64,000 nt of DNA. Origin: Octopus vulgaris. Its lineage: Eukaryota. The position numbers and the translations under genes were made by a program. The notes below the pieces were generated by a model that saw only the letters and a program-made list of their open reading frames with translations, was not told where the DNA came from and did no database searches. Positions 1 through 13,522 of the stretch are shown piece by piece; positions within the stretch are counted from its first letter, which is position 1; each line of letters begins with the position of its first letter. The stretch spans positions 45,942,001-46,006,000 of the forward strand of contig OX597825.1 of assembly GCA_951406725.2 (NCBI GenBank), written 5' to 3'.

Positions 1-328
1 GCAACCCAGACTAGTGAATAGAGATTGCCCAATTTTACTCCATGATAATGCACGTACTCACACTCCTCAAGCTATGGTCTAAAAGTTGCAAAGCCTGAAT
101 TATGAGATTTTGCAACATCCTCCCTATTCCCCTGATATCTCTCCTACTGATCACCACTTATTTAAGTATTTTGAGCTTTTCATAAGCAACAAAACATTCT
201 TAAGAGGTAAATGAAGCATTCGGACAGTTTATCACAATAAAAGATGAATTTTTTTAAAAGATGGAATATATGACATAGAGAAACATTGGGTAAATGTCAT
301 AAATGAGCATGGATCATACTTTGAATAG
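1..328 (+). mobile_element. Mariner transposase 3' fragment (decayed)
   Basis: Translates to LLHDNART...HPPYSPDISPTDHHLF with stops. Confidence 0.85.
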
Positions 329-334
329 AGATTG

Positions 335-1370
335 ACCAGGTAGAGGCTCTTTCGTTGGTTTGATTGTGTGATGAGATTTTTTTACACATATATGTATAAT
401 ATGCATATATATCATTGGTAGAAGTTAGAGAGTAAGTCAAAGCATGAGAGTTTTGTGTATTGGCACATATCAAACATGAATTTGTCCATTGTCACTCTGT
501 AACTTGTGATGAAATAACTTCTAAAATACAAAATTATGTCGAAAACATTAAGAGTAAACCATGTACCAGTATTGTACCAGTATTGGAAGTTTCAAAGTGT
601 TTAGTTAAAAAAAATTAATTAAATAATCTGTCCGTCAAATTGAATAGATCCTAAATGGATAAAAAGCAAAGTCGACCGTGGCAGAATTTGAACTCAAAAC
701 ATGAACAGAGGCAAAATACCACTTATCATTTCACCCGCCATGCTAACGTTTCTGCCAGCTCTCCACCTTAGAACATAAGCATTTATTTTAGCAATATATT
801 CTTTAATAAATATTCTTATTGATAAGCTTTACTTCCCCCACATGACCACTGGCTATTCTCCTAACTTGTGTTTCTTCCTTTCTTCCTCGTCAAGGAAGAC
901 GTATTGTTCTCTGTGTCTTGTCCAGGCTTGTTTATTCGTGTTCACCACCACAACCTCATTTAGGCTTAGCAGCTGTTCCTGTTTGTTTTCACTGTCTTGT
1001 TTTTGCCGCCATCTTGACCCTCTGCAAGATTGCAAATTTTATTTAATTTGCTTTGCACGAGCAACTGTTTTATTGAAGGCGTATCTTGATGTGAATTACT
1101 TGAAATACAGATTAGAAAAACAGCCGACAACTGATGAAGGGTCGTTCCTTGTGTTACTTGTCTTGTTTTCCATTTGTTTCTTTCATTGCTTGCTAAAAAA
1201 GCCCTTATTCCATGTCCTCGTACTTTGTATTATTTGTTGTGTATGTTTTGTAACATTCTGTGCCCACATATGCATATGTATACATGTATGTACGTATATG
1301 TATGTGTTTTTTTTTCTCTCTAGTTTCAGCTCAGAGCTGCAGCCATGCTGATGCATATATACATATATAT

Positions 1371-1443
<73 letters not shown>

Positions 1444-2716
1444 TACATTATTACATGATTGAATACCACGCATTCTTTTCCAAGTAAGTTTTATCTATAC
1501 ATACATACATATATACTTACATACATACATACACACATACATACATACATACAAATATATATGTGTGTGTGTACGTACGTGCCTATGTATATACAAGTAT
1601 ATGAGTGTGTGTATGTATATATATTTATAAGTATGTACCTGTATGCGTGCGTGTGACTGTGTAAATGCATGTGTGCCTGCATGTATGTGTGTGCATGTAT
1701 ATATATATGTGTGTGTATGTATATATATGTATATATATATGTATGTGTATTTGTATGTATGCATATAAGCACATGTATATGTATGTGTGTGTGCACGTAT
1801 GTATGTTATTATACCATCTTTCCTCCTCTCTGATTTCTACCTATCACACTAACCTACATAATTACATCTATTTATAGAAATTTGACATCCTTGTATTCTT
1901 CCTTTCCCTTTAAATTTTACTGCTAAAACTACTACTCACTTTGGTATCACCCCACCCATACCTTTTCTCTATCCATCCCTTGATGCAGCTCTATAATATC
2001 ATCCCTCCTCACTTATCTCACACTTATTCATTCCTTACCTTCTTCCTACTCCTCCCCACTCCTCTCCCACCCTCCCCTCACATTATCTTGACCACCAACT
2101 AACACTCCTCTTCTTAATTCTTTCACCCTTTATTCACTTTTTTCCCTCTTTCACTTTTTTCTCTCTTTCTTCCTCCCAATTTCTCTTCCTGCTTTCATTT
2201 TGACCTATCTCCTCATTCTAATCATACACATCTCCCCTGCCATCTATCCACAAATGCTACCGATGCATTCTCAAATTTTCATCTACACCACAAGACCCTT
2301 TCAAATGAGCAACACAGAATCCATGGCCCCATACTTTGAAATGACTGAACATGAACTACTATTGGAACTCACATACCATGTAAATGAAACTTTTTTTACC
2401 ACTTCTATACACCATTTTCCACAAATAATGGAACTGCAACTACAATATCTTGATATATTTTATATTTTATTTCTACTTTCATTCTCTTATTTCCCTCTAT
2501 ATTCCCTATCTCCTCCTTTTCCATAATAATTCCTTATTTTGAATTCAAATATTTACCTCTATTTAACCATCTCACATCGTCTCTGATAAAGGGATATCCA
2601 TAATATCCCAGAAACAGCTGTAAGACTATATCTATATCTTTTACCTTATAATTGTCCTGAAAACTCCTCACAACCTTGGCTTTGTTATCTCATTTTGTCT
2701 TATATATATGTATGTA

Positions 2717-2775
<59 letters not shown>

Positions 2776-3685
2776 CATTCAACCACGGTAGTGGTTGAAT
2801 ATATTCTTAAGTCCACCATTTCGTCAATTGCAGCAGCTTCCAAGCTTCGCTACTAATTCAGTTCTCAACTAAATTACAAACTATTAGTTTTAAAGAGCAC
2901 ACCTTCTCAGCTACACTTTGGCATAAATAGTTTAAGATTTGGTTCAGTAAAAAAAAGTTACATCAAAATATCTGCGACCTCAAGGGGGGAAGTAAGGCAC
3001 CTATTCACCATAAATTAACATAAACTTATTAATTTTAAAGTAAAAGTATACTTTTCTTATGCTTAAATGATAGAAAAATGTATGAGGAATTTAGAGTCAT
3101 TAGTCATATTGAACAAAAATTAGTAGAGGAAAAGTTATGGGGTGAAACACCACAAAATTTTGTGTAAGCGATTAAGGAAGGAACGCTTATCAATAAGAAT
3201 ATTTATTAAAGAATATATTGCTAAAATGAATATTTATTTTCTAAGGTGGAGAGCTGGCAGAAACGTTAGCATGGTGGGCACCAATGATTAGCGGTAGTTT
3301 ACCTCTGTTCATATTTTGAGTTCAAATTCTGCCAAGGTTGACTTTGCTTTTTATCCATTTAGGAACTAATCCAATTTGACGGACAGATTATTTAATTAAT
3401 TTTTTTTAACTAAACACTTTGAAACTTTCAATACTGGTAAAATGTGTCACATACAACAGGGTTTACTTTTAATGTTTTTTGACAAATTTTTGTATTTTAG
3501 AAGATTTTTCATCACAAGTTACAAAGTGACAATGGACAAATTCATGTTTGATATGTGCCAATACATGAAACTCTCATGTTTTGACTTACTCTCTAACTTC
3601 TACCAATGATATATATGCATATATACATATACATGTAAAAAAATCTCATCATGCAATCTAACCAATGAGAGAGCCTCTACCTGGT
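335..3685. repeat. ~500-bp inverted repeat pair (335-827 and 3185-3685)
   Basis: The arms are reverse complements with scattered mismatches; each contains the same SINE-like piece. Confidence 0.85.
2579..2626 (+). ncRNA. Type I hammerhead-like motif with one core substitution
   Basis: gtct-CTGATAA-a-gggatat/atatccc-a-GAAA-cagctg-TA-agac: stem I, stem II and palindromic stem III are all present. Confidence 0.65.
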
Positions 3686-3905
3686 AGCTCGATATGCTAA
3701 AAATAGCAGCCAATGTATCCCCCTACCCAGTATTTTATAAGGTAAAATCCTAAATTATTAATTGAACATTATTAATTATCTTATAACAATAATGCCTGGA
3801 AAATCATGGATTACATGGAAAAATGCTAGCATGAAAAGTAATAGTTTTATGATTATAAACCTGGAAAAGTAGCAGACAAGTTATTACACCTGTAAAAAGT
3901 AAAGT

Positions 3906-5603
3906 ATCATCATCATCATCATCATCATCATCGTTTAGCGTCCGCTTTCCATGCTGGCATGGGTTGGACGGTGCAACTGGGGTCTGGGAAGCCAGAAGGT
4001 TGCACCAGACCCTGTCTGATCTGGCAATGTTTCTACAGCTGGATGCCCTTCCTAACGCCAACCACTCCATGAGTGTAGTGGGTGCTTTTTACGTGCCACT
4101 GGCACAGGTGCCAGACGAAGCTGGCAAACGGCCATGGTCGGATGGTGCTTTTTACGTGCCTCCGGCACGGAGGCCAGGCGGGGCTGACAACGGCCACGAT
4201 CGGATGGTGCTTTTTACGTGCCACTGGCACGGAAGCCAGTCAGGGCGGCACTGGCAACGGCCACGTTCAGATGGTTCTCTTATGTGCCACCAGCACTGGT
4301 ATCACAGCTACAATTTCCATTCATGTTGATCGATTTCGATTTTTGATTTTTTGATTTTTTGATTTTCACTTGCCTCAACAGGTCTTCACAAGTAGGGTTT
4401 TGTGTCCCAAGAAGGAAAGGTATGCATAAGTGGACTGAGGCCATGGGTGATGGTCTCACTTGTCCTGCCGGGTTTTCTCATGCACAGCATACTTCCAAAG
4501 GTCTCGGTCTCTAGTCATTTCCTCGGTGAGACCTAAAGTTCGAAGGTCGTGCTTCACCACCTCATCCCTGGTTTTCCTGGGTCTGCCTCTTCCACAGGTT
4601 TCCTCAACAGCTAGGGTGTGGAACTTTTTCACACAACTATCTTCATCCATTTTGCAGTTTGTCAGCCTTCCTACTTATTAGGACTTTGGTTTTAGCTAGG
4701 TTGACTCTAATGCCCTTCGATTCTAATCCTTGCTTCCACACCTGAAACTTCTCCTCCAGTTCTGATAGTGACTCAGCAATTAGAGCAAGGTCATCAACAT
4801 AGAGGAGCTCCCAGGGGCATCCTGTCTTGAATTCCTCCATTATTGCCTGGAGGACTACGATAAATAGGAGGGGGCTGAGGGCTGAACCTTGGTGGACCCC
4901 TACCTCTACCCGGAATTCTTCACTGTACTCGTAGCCAGCCCTCACCTTACTAGCAGCGTTCCTGTACATGGCTTGCACAGCTCTCACTAACCATTCATCT
5001 ATCCCTAGTTTCCTCATTGACCACCAGATAAGGGATCGGGGGACCCTGTCGAAAGCTTTCTCCATGTCAACGAAAGCCAGGTACAGGGGCTTATCTTTGG
5101 CTAGATATTTCTCCTGCAGCTGTCTTACCAGGAATATGGCATCAGTGGTGCTTTTCCCTGGCACGAATCCAAACTGCATCTCATCTAAACTAACTCTCTC
5201 TCTAATTAGTTGGGCTATGACCCTCTCCGTAACCTTCATTACCTGATCTAACAGCTTGATACCTCTGTAATTATTTGTATCTAGGGCGTCACCTTTACCT
5301 TTGTAGCAGTTGACTATTATGCTGCTACACCAGTCATTGGGTATGACTCCTTCGTGTATTACCTGGTTAACTATACGGGTGACTAGGCTATAGCTGACAC
5401 TACCAGATATTTTGAGCATCTCTGCAGTAATTCCTGATGGGCCTGGGGTTTCCCCTGTTTTCATGCTTCTAATTGCCTTAATTACCAAGGAACTGTCAAC
5501 TCGGATAGCTGGTCCCTCTGTTGGGTCGACATTCGGCAGACTCTCTTTATCCCATTCATTTTCTTCATTCAGCAACCTTTCATAGTGGCGTCTCCACACC
5601 TCT
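3906..5603 (-). mobile_element. RTE-clade LINE, 5'-truncated with an internal deletion, (GAT)n tail
   Basis: ORF 4643-5599 has RT motifs (FVDMEKAFD, GVHQGSALSP, YVDD) and is near-identical to the 58731 copy; C-terminal GRGRPRKT; 3' UTR and tail. Confidence 0.95.
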
Positions 5604-6447
5604 AGGAAATTTTTTACTTAAAATATTGCAGCTAAAATTAAAATTTGAATATTAAAAAATATTTTATTATAGTTTACAAATAACACTATACTTATTTAAG
5701 TAGAATTTGACTAATTTACTACCTTAAATACAGAAAAAAGTGACTAATTAGACAAACTTACAAATTAGCTGAACTGTTTTGTACAATAAATTTAAAAGAT
5801 GAGAACTACAAAGAGGGATAAATTAAAAGAACTGGCACTCTTTGCTGCAATATTTTAAATAAAAAGTTCCTTCTTATTTACTTTACTTGAAGTAATAGTT
5901 TGTCCTATACTTTTACAGGTGTAATAACTTGTCCTGTACTTTTCCAGGTTTATAATCTTAAGAATATTAATTTTTATGCTCGCATTTTTCCTTGTAATAT
6001 ATATATATATATATGTATGTATATGTATGTTATGTATGTGTGTATATGAACTAATGTGTAGTACAAGCATTTGATCACAAACCATCTGTGCAGGCTGCTC
6101 AGCAAGAAATTGCAGAACTGTCTTTCTTGGACTCAAGAGACTACCGTTATATGTCATGTTGTTGCATGTGAGTATATATGTGTATATTTATATGCACTAT
6201 TGTGTTCATTATTCTGAGTACATATGCGTACATACATCTGAGAGTTTGTGTGTATAAGTACATGCATATGGCTTGTAAAGTATGCATGAAGCATTTACCT
6301 GTTGAGTCATTGTGAGAATATCTATGGACACAATAGAGTAAAATATTTATTCCCACAAATTGAGTAATGCTAAACACTGTATTTGTGTATATGTATGCAT
6401 ACATATGTATGCGTGTATGCATGCATTTATATATGTGTGTATATATA

Positions 6448-6491
<44 letters not shown>

Positions 6492-6513
6492 TATATATGA
6501 AATATATGAATCG

Positions 6514-7253
6514 GCTGGGCGAAGTTCAGAGAGCTTCTATCTCTGTTGGTAACAAAGGGCCTCTCTCTTTCAGAAGGTAAGGCAGATTGTATGATGCCTG
6601 TGTGTGAACAGCCATGCTATACATGACAGTGAAACATGGGCTGCAAGTGCAGAGGACATGCAAAGGTTTGAAAGAAATGAGGATAGTATGTTTCACTGGA
6701 TATGCAATGTCAGTGTGTATGTACAACAAAGTGTAAGTGTCTTAAGAGAAAAAGTGGGTATAAGGCATCAGATGTAGTGTGCAAGAAGGAAGACTGCTGG
6801 TATGACCATGTAATGCATATGCATGAGGACACCTGTGTAAAGAAGAGCTGATCACTAATTGTGGAGGGAACCTATGGAAGAGGTAGACCCAGGAAGACAT
6901 GGGATGAAGTGGTGAAATATGATCATTGAATGTTGAGTCTCACTGAGGCAATAACAAGTGACTGAGAATTTTGGTGATTTGTTGTTCTTGAGAAGACACA
7001 TCAAGCTAAATGAAATTGTAGTTATGGCCAGTGTCCAAGACATATAAAAGGCACCTGTGGTAGTGACATGTAAAAGGCACCCTTTGTCAGTGACATATAA
7101 AAGACACCCGGTACGCTCTATGGAGTGGTTATCATTAAGCATCCAGCTGTAGAAAACAAGTCAAAACAGCTGTCAAAGCAGCTCTCTGGCTTACCAGTTC
7201 CAGTTAAACCATCTAACCCATGTCAGTACGGAAAATGAATGCTAAATGATGAT
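6514..7253 (+). mobile_element. Old RTE LINE 3' fragment
   Basis: Homologous to the RTE C-terminus (RLYDACV.TAMLH, GRGRPRKTWDEVVK) and 3' UTR. Confidence 0.8.
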
Positions 7254-7509
7254 AAAAAAAAAATATATATGTATGTATGTATGTATGTATGTTATCAGCT
7301 GCACATACTCAATGAATGTAATTTGTTTCTTTGCTGTGGTAAAGCACCTGAAGGAGTTATCCTTCAGGCACTTTATCACAGTGAACTGGCAAACAAACAA
7401 AGCACATACAATGAGTATGTATAATAATGTTTACAACACACTAGTTTTAATTCGTTTATAGACACACACACACACCCACACACACACACCCACACACACA
7501 CACACACAT

Positions 7510-9127
7510 AAAGATAAACCTCTGTACCTGGCTTTCGTTGACATGGAGAAAGCCATTGACAGGGTCACCTGATCCCTTATCTGGTGGTCAATATGGAAAC
7601 TAGGGCAGATGACTGGTTAGTGAGAGTTGTACAAGCCATGTACAGAGATGATATCAGTAAGGTGAGGGTTGGTAATGAGTACAGTGAAGAATTCTGAGTA
7701 GGGGTAGGGGTCCACCAAAGATCAGTCCTCCAGGCAATAACAGAGGAATTCAAGACAGGATGCTCCTGGGAACTTCTCTTATGCTGATGACCTTGCTCTA
7801 ATAGCTGAGTCACTATCAGAACTAGAAGAGAAGTTTCAGGTGTAGAAGCAAGGTCTAGAATCGAAGGGCCTTAGAGTCAATCTAGCAAAAACCGTCCTAA
7901 TAAGTAGGAAGGCTGACAAACTGCAAATCCCTTCAGGTAGATGGCCCTTCTCAGTCTGTAGAAAAGGCATAGGTAGAAACTCCATACAATGTAACCAGTG
8001 TAAGCTGTGGACACATAAGAGATGCAGCAATATCAAAGGAAGGCTAACTGGGAAGATAGTTTTTGTATGTGGCAAATGCTCAGATGCTATAAACACTGAA
8101 AATGTGCAGAAAACAGCTTCCGTCATGTTCCAGGGGGAAAAAACTAGAAGTAGTTGATAGCTTCTGTTACCTAGGTGACCAAGTCAGTAGCAGGGGTGGG
8201 TGCTCCGAGAGTGTGGCTGCTTGAATAAGAATAGCCTAAGCAAAGTTCAGAGAGATCCTACCTCTGCTGGTGACAAAGGTCCCTTGTTCAGAGTAAAAGG
8301 TAGACTGTATGACACATGTGTGCGAACAGCCATGCTACCTGGAAGTGAAACATGAGCTCTAACTGCTGAGGATATGCATAAGCTTGCAAGGAATGAAGCT
8401 AGTATGCTCCACTGGATGTATAATGTCAGTGTGCATACACGACAGAGTGTAAGTGCCCTAAGAGAAAAGTTGGACATAAGAAGCATCAGATGCTTTGTGC
8501 AAGAGAGACGACTGCACTAGTATGGTCATGTGTTGCTTATGGATGAGGACAGCTGTGTGAAAAAGCGTCACATACTAGCAGTAAAGGGAATCTATGGAAG
8601 AGTTAGACCCAGGAAGACCTGGGATGAGATGGTGAAGCACAACCTTCAAACGTTGGGTTTCACCGAGGTGATGACAAGTGAGTGAGACCTTTAGAGATAT
8701 GCTGTGCTTGAGAAGACTTGGCAAGCCAAGTGAGACCATAACTGTGGCTTATGCCAGTGCAGCATAACCAGCCCATTTAAGAGTACCCTTCAATCATTGG
8801 GCAATAAACTGCACTTGTTGAGGCAAGTGAAATCATTGTTGTGGCCGATGACAGTACCTGCCTGATTGGCACCTGTGCCAGTGACATGTAAAAAGCACCA
8901 TAGAAGCATGGTCGATGCCAGTACCACCTGACTGGCCCTTGTACTGGTGGCATATAAAAAGCACCCACTACACTCTTGGAATGGTTGGCAATAAGAAAGG
9001 CATCCAGCTGTAGAAACTTTGCCATTTGGATTGGAGCCTGGAGCAGCCTTCTGGCTTGCCAGCCCTCAGCCAAACCAGACAACCCATGCCAGCATCAAAA
9101 GGGGATGATAAATGACGATGATGATAT
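7510..9127 (+). mobile_element. RTE LINE, 5'-truncated and decayed
   Basis: Begins at KDKPLYLAFVDMEKA, then YADD, Cys cluster, 3' UTR and (GAT)n tail. Confidence 0.9.
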
Positions 9128-9177
9128 TCTTTTATTCTTTTATATATATCATCCCTAAGGCTGTGACCATATATATA

Positions 9178-10468
9178 CAGGAGTTGGACAAAATAATGGA
9201 AACACTTAGCATCATAATTTTTAAACATGTATAAAACTGTCAAAAGCTTGTTTATATTTCTGTTTTTTGGTTTATTATTAGTGTTGTTTAATATGTTTTA
9301 CTAAAATTGCTGTTTCTTTTCAGATATCATCAGAAAAAGGTAATTAAAATTCATTAAAAAGACAGATCTATTGGACTTTCAAAGAGGTCAAATTGTTGGT
9401 GCTCATATGGCAGGCACTAGCATAATGAAAACAGCTGAAATGTTTGGTGAATCAAGAAGTACTGTCTTGAAAGTAATGACAGCCTTTGAGAAAGAGGGAA
9501 AAACCTCCTCGTCAAAACAAAACTCTGGAAGGAAACTAACATTTCAGATAGGGACTCTTATGTGAATTGTTAGAAAGGATCACAAAAGTACTGTTCCCAA
9601 AATTACTGCAGAGCTTAATGACCACCCCAAGAACCCAGTTTCCACAAAAACTGTTCGCCAGGAGCTGCACAAAGCCAGATTTCATGGGAGGGTTGCAAAT
9701 CAGAAAAACACTACTTACAAAAACAAACATTCCAAAGCACTAGAGTGGAATAAAATCTTGCAGAATTGGTCCCTAGAGCAGTTGAAGAATGTTATTTTCT
9801 TGGACGAGTCATCCTTTACCCTATTTCCAACAACCAGCTGAGTATACATGTGGAAACAGCCAAAAGGAGCATTTGACCCAGACTGCCTTCTTCCAACTGT
9901 TATACATGGATAATCGGTGGGGGGGGGGACTATATCTTGGAAATCGGTTGGCCCAATGGGTTCCCTTCATGACAGAATTAATAGTCAAGACTATTTAAGT
10001 ATTTTATCTGATCAAATTCATTCTGTGGTTGCAGAACTGTTTCTGGAGGGAAATGCAATCTTTCAGGATGATAATGCACCAATTCACACAGCTAAAGTTG
10101 TTACTGAATGGCATGAGGATCATTCTAGTGAAGTTGACCATCTTATCTGGCCACCACAATCCCCAGATCTCAATATTATTGGCGTTAGGAAGGGCATCCA
10201 GCCGTAGAAACATTGCCAGATCAAACTGGGCCTCGTGCAGCCTTCTGGCTTCCCAGACCCCAGTTGAACCGTCCAACCCATGCTAGCATGGAAAGCGGAC
10301 GCTAAACGATGATGATGATGATTTATAGAGCATTTTAGAAAAAAACAAGTAAGGAGTCGATATCCTCCACCATTATCACTACAAGAACTGCCAAAAGCAG
10401 TCCTACCCCATATTAAAATAAATTTACTTGAAATTTTAAGGTGTTTCCATTATTTTGTCCAACCCCTT
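9178..10468 (+). mobile_element. Tc1-family transposon, full length and decayed, with an RTE 3'-end insertion at ~10178-10320
   Basis: TIRs caggagttggacaaaataatggaaacac / gtgtttccattattttgtccaacccct flanked by TA; FQRGQIVGA, FQDDNAPIH, WPPQSPDLN. Confidence 0.93.
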
Positions 10469-11169
10469 TATTTTGTCTAACAGGAAAACATCTGCTTGGC
10501 TTGTGATCTCATCTCTGTCTCCTCTCTTTGTTCTGTAGCATGAGGGCGCATTCCTTATATAATGGTTGGTAGGCAGAAAGAGAATTTTTCTGCGTTGGAA
10601 CAAAAACTGTTGCTCAAACACAAATTGGCTAGTTAAAAACCATCTAATCCTTGCAATGGATTTAGTCCAACCTTAATCGCATGATCAAATGTTGACAATG
10701 CTGAAATATGCCTATCTGATATAATTTAAAGCTAAATAGCTTGCTACACACACACACACACTTTAAAACAGTCTGATATGGCCTCATGCAAATTAAAGAT
10801 TCATAGGCTTGTTACATGAATGTTGTATGTCAGTCTCAGAGACAAGGAGGTGGAATATTCTCTATTCCTGCATCTGATGGAATTCATATGCTGTATGTTC
10901 TCTTGAAGTCATTGGTTGTTATGCTCATGTAGTGTCTTGTGATGCTATTGGATTGTGTAAGGGTAGCTCTGTAGACTATAGCCTTCAAGAGGTAGGGTCC
11001 ACATAGAAGGCAGCTGGTAGGGTTTCAGAATTTACAAATAATCCCTAAGAAGTCCTTTAAGAATGAACAAAAGTCATGGAGATAAATGCACATCCCAAAC
11101 TCCAGGGTTTACAAATATGAACACATATGGTAAATAAGTACAAGTAGGTACAATACCCATATTATGTAG

Positions 11170-11555
11170 AGTACTTTCAATATGCTTGCGCTGTGAAAGC
11201 ACACAAATAATAATAATAACGATAGTAAGAGTACCCATTAGAACTGTTACAAAAGGTTTGCCTCCTTGGCCTGGCCAGAATAATCAGAACTTTACACAGT
11301 TGCATTAAAGTATTGCTGCGCAACTGGATGACTGCCTGCAGCAAGGGCATATCCTTGTCTGGATGACAAGTAGACAAATGCTGCTATACCTCAAGGATCC
11401 CTTGAAAAGGAACTTGGCTTCAAATTTTCAACCTATAACCTGTTTACCACTAATGTGGAAGCTTATGACTGGTGTCTAAGTGGAAGGGTTATACAACCAT
11501 CTGGAAAGTAACAATCTACTTCCAGAAGAACAGAAAGACTGTAGAAGGTGGTGAG
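11170..11555 (+). mobile_element. R4/Dong-like LINE RT fragment
   Basis: Decayed PITCLPLMWKLMTG and LLPEEQK.CR motifs; homologous to 54420-54770. Confidence 0.6.
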
Positions 11556-11807
11556 TTGGCAGCATTAGAAGCTAAGCAAACCTCTGTCCCTCTCTGAATA
11601 ATAATGATGAAGATGATGCTTTAAAGGCTTTCAGCAATGTACATGTGTGTGTGAGCATCTATAGGTTTCAAAGCACTCAGAGAAATTCACCAACAAGAGT
11701 GCCAAAAGCAATTTTACAATAGAAAGACAATAAATAAAATAACAAAAACTGAGGGAAAGAGAAAGTGAAATATTTGACATGAAGAATGATATACCTATAA
11801 TTCTTAT

Positions 11808-13464
11808 ATGGTTTTAGTTTATGGATAAAAAGCTCCTTCCAGAGTCATATAAACTCACAAGGCCACTTTCTATGGTGTATATATTCCCCACTGGATGGGA
11901 TTCTGGTCTGTTACTAAGTCATGTGCCTCCATGTTTTGGTATATAAGAGGAAGCTAAATAAAATTTGATTGAGATGGTGGATGAAAAGCACTATAGATTG
12001 GGAAATAGATTTAATGGATGAAAAGCCTTATGGATGGTGGAGTGCAGGAAGAGTACACAAGGAAACAGATTTAGTATATAACAAAGTACAAGGTTTTGAA
12101 TTGAGAATAGGGAAGATTAGTTTTCAAAAACATTGCTTGTACCCTCGATATTGTTTTTAAATGTACAAGATAGTTCAGGAGAAAGATGAGATAAATTATT
12201 AAAAATTTTATCAACTAAAATCTTAAGGTCATGCTCCAGCATTGCTACAGTCAAATAACTGAAACGAGTAAAAGAATAAAATCTTGAAGATTGTCTATTG
12301 TATGGTCCTTTTAATAGAAGCCACAGTTTTTTTTATGTTATCCATAATAAAAGGAAGTGAAGGAAGGCATGGAGGATAGAAGGATTGAAGATTTGAAGGG
12401 TGTGATGTAAATCATGGATGTATGATAGAAGGATTGAGAAGGCAGAAAGCTAAGAAAATCTATTTGACTACTTGCAGATGAGTTCAGTAGTAGGATAGTT
12501 TTAGGTGGAGATGATGGAATGGCTTGGAATGCTAGCTTTATGAATTTTGGGAAGTAGATGATGGAGATATGTGGTGGATGAATGGTGAGATTGATGGCTG
12601 TGAGAAGGAGAAAAAGGTGATGAATTGGAGTATGGTGACAAGCACACAAGTTGTTGGTTGTGGGGTTGTGGTTGCAAAGCAATTTACAGTAGAAAAGGGG
12701 TTGAGGGATGCCAAAGCACATTGGCCTTGTTGGTGCCTGCCACATCATTATATTTCACTTGTGTTGGTCTGGACAACAATGTTATGTCAGTATTGAAGGT
12801 GACAAAATGAATTGAATTCCTCCCAGAGGTTCAATACTCATAAATACTTCTAAAAATCTAAATAGTCCAATGTATGATGGCACAAGCTGATGAACACATC
12901 CGAAGTCATGAAATATAAAGGAACAGTTGTCTAGTGGGATGGAAGTTTGCTGAGATTAGTGGAGCAATTGAAGTCACTATGTCCAATTGGAACTGTTGCA
13001 GCAGTCTGTCGTGTAAAAAAGGCACATAATTTGGTCTGTTGGAAATGAAATTTGTCAACAGATATGAAATGGAGACTTATCCAAGGAGAGAATGCTTGTT
13101 AGAGAGAAGTATGCTGGATGTAGATTGGGAATATGATGTATGGAGACAGTAGCTCAAGAGTTGATAGAGCTTAATGGTTTTATTATATGGATAAAAAGCT
13201 CCTTCCAGAGTCATATAGACTCACAAGGCCACTTTCTATTCCCCACTGGATGGGATTCTGGTCTGTTACTAAGTCATGTGCCTCCATGTTTTGGTATATA
13301 AGAGGAAGCTAAATAAAATTTGATTGAGATGGTGGATGAAAAGCACTATAGATTGGGAAATAGATTTGATGGATGAAAAGCCTTATGGATGGTGGAGTGC
13401 AGGAAGAGTACACAAGGAAACAGATTTAGTATATAACAAAGTTCAAGGTTTTGAATTGAGAATA
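11808..13464. repeat. ~300-bp direct duplication (11808-12110 and 13175-13464)
   Basis: Near-identical text, from atggataaaaagctccttccagagtc to gaattgagaatag. Confidence 0.85.
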
Positions 13465-13522
13465 GATGGAGCAAATGGTGTTGCATAGGTGTAAACAGGA
13501 AGTGGTAAGTGAGAAAAGTCTC

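Noticed and set aside
1131-1160. CTGATGA as a hammerhead core (also ~25706)
   Set aside because: No correctly placed stem II-GAAA-NUH-stem I could be found.
1183-1877. ORFs rich in YI/HT/CV (also at 17389, 30231, 35121, 42033, 55284, 57102)
   Set aside because: Translations of (TA)n, (CA)n, (TACA)n and (TAA)n microsatellites, not genes.
5610-5866. 22-bp inverted repeat pair suggesting a MITE
   Set aside because: AT-rich, no TSD seen and no second copy in the window.
12338-13150. Possible host exon or ORF (12338-12748; similar composition at 18750-19240)
   Set aside because: No recognisable domain or splice support; more likely a very old LINE remnant that I cannot assign.
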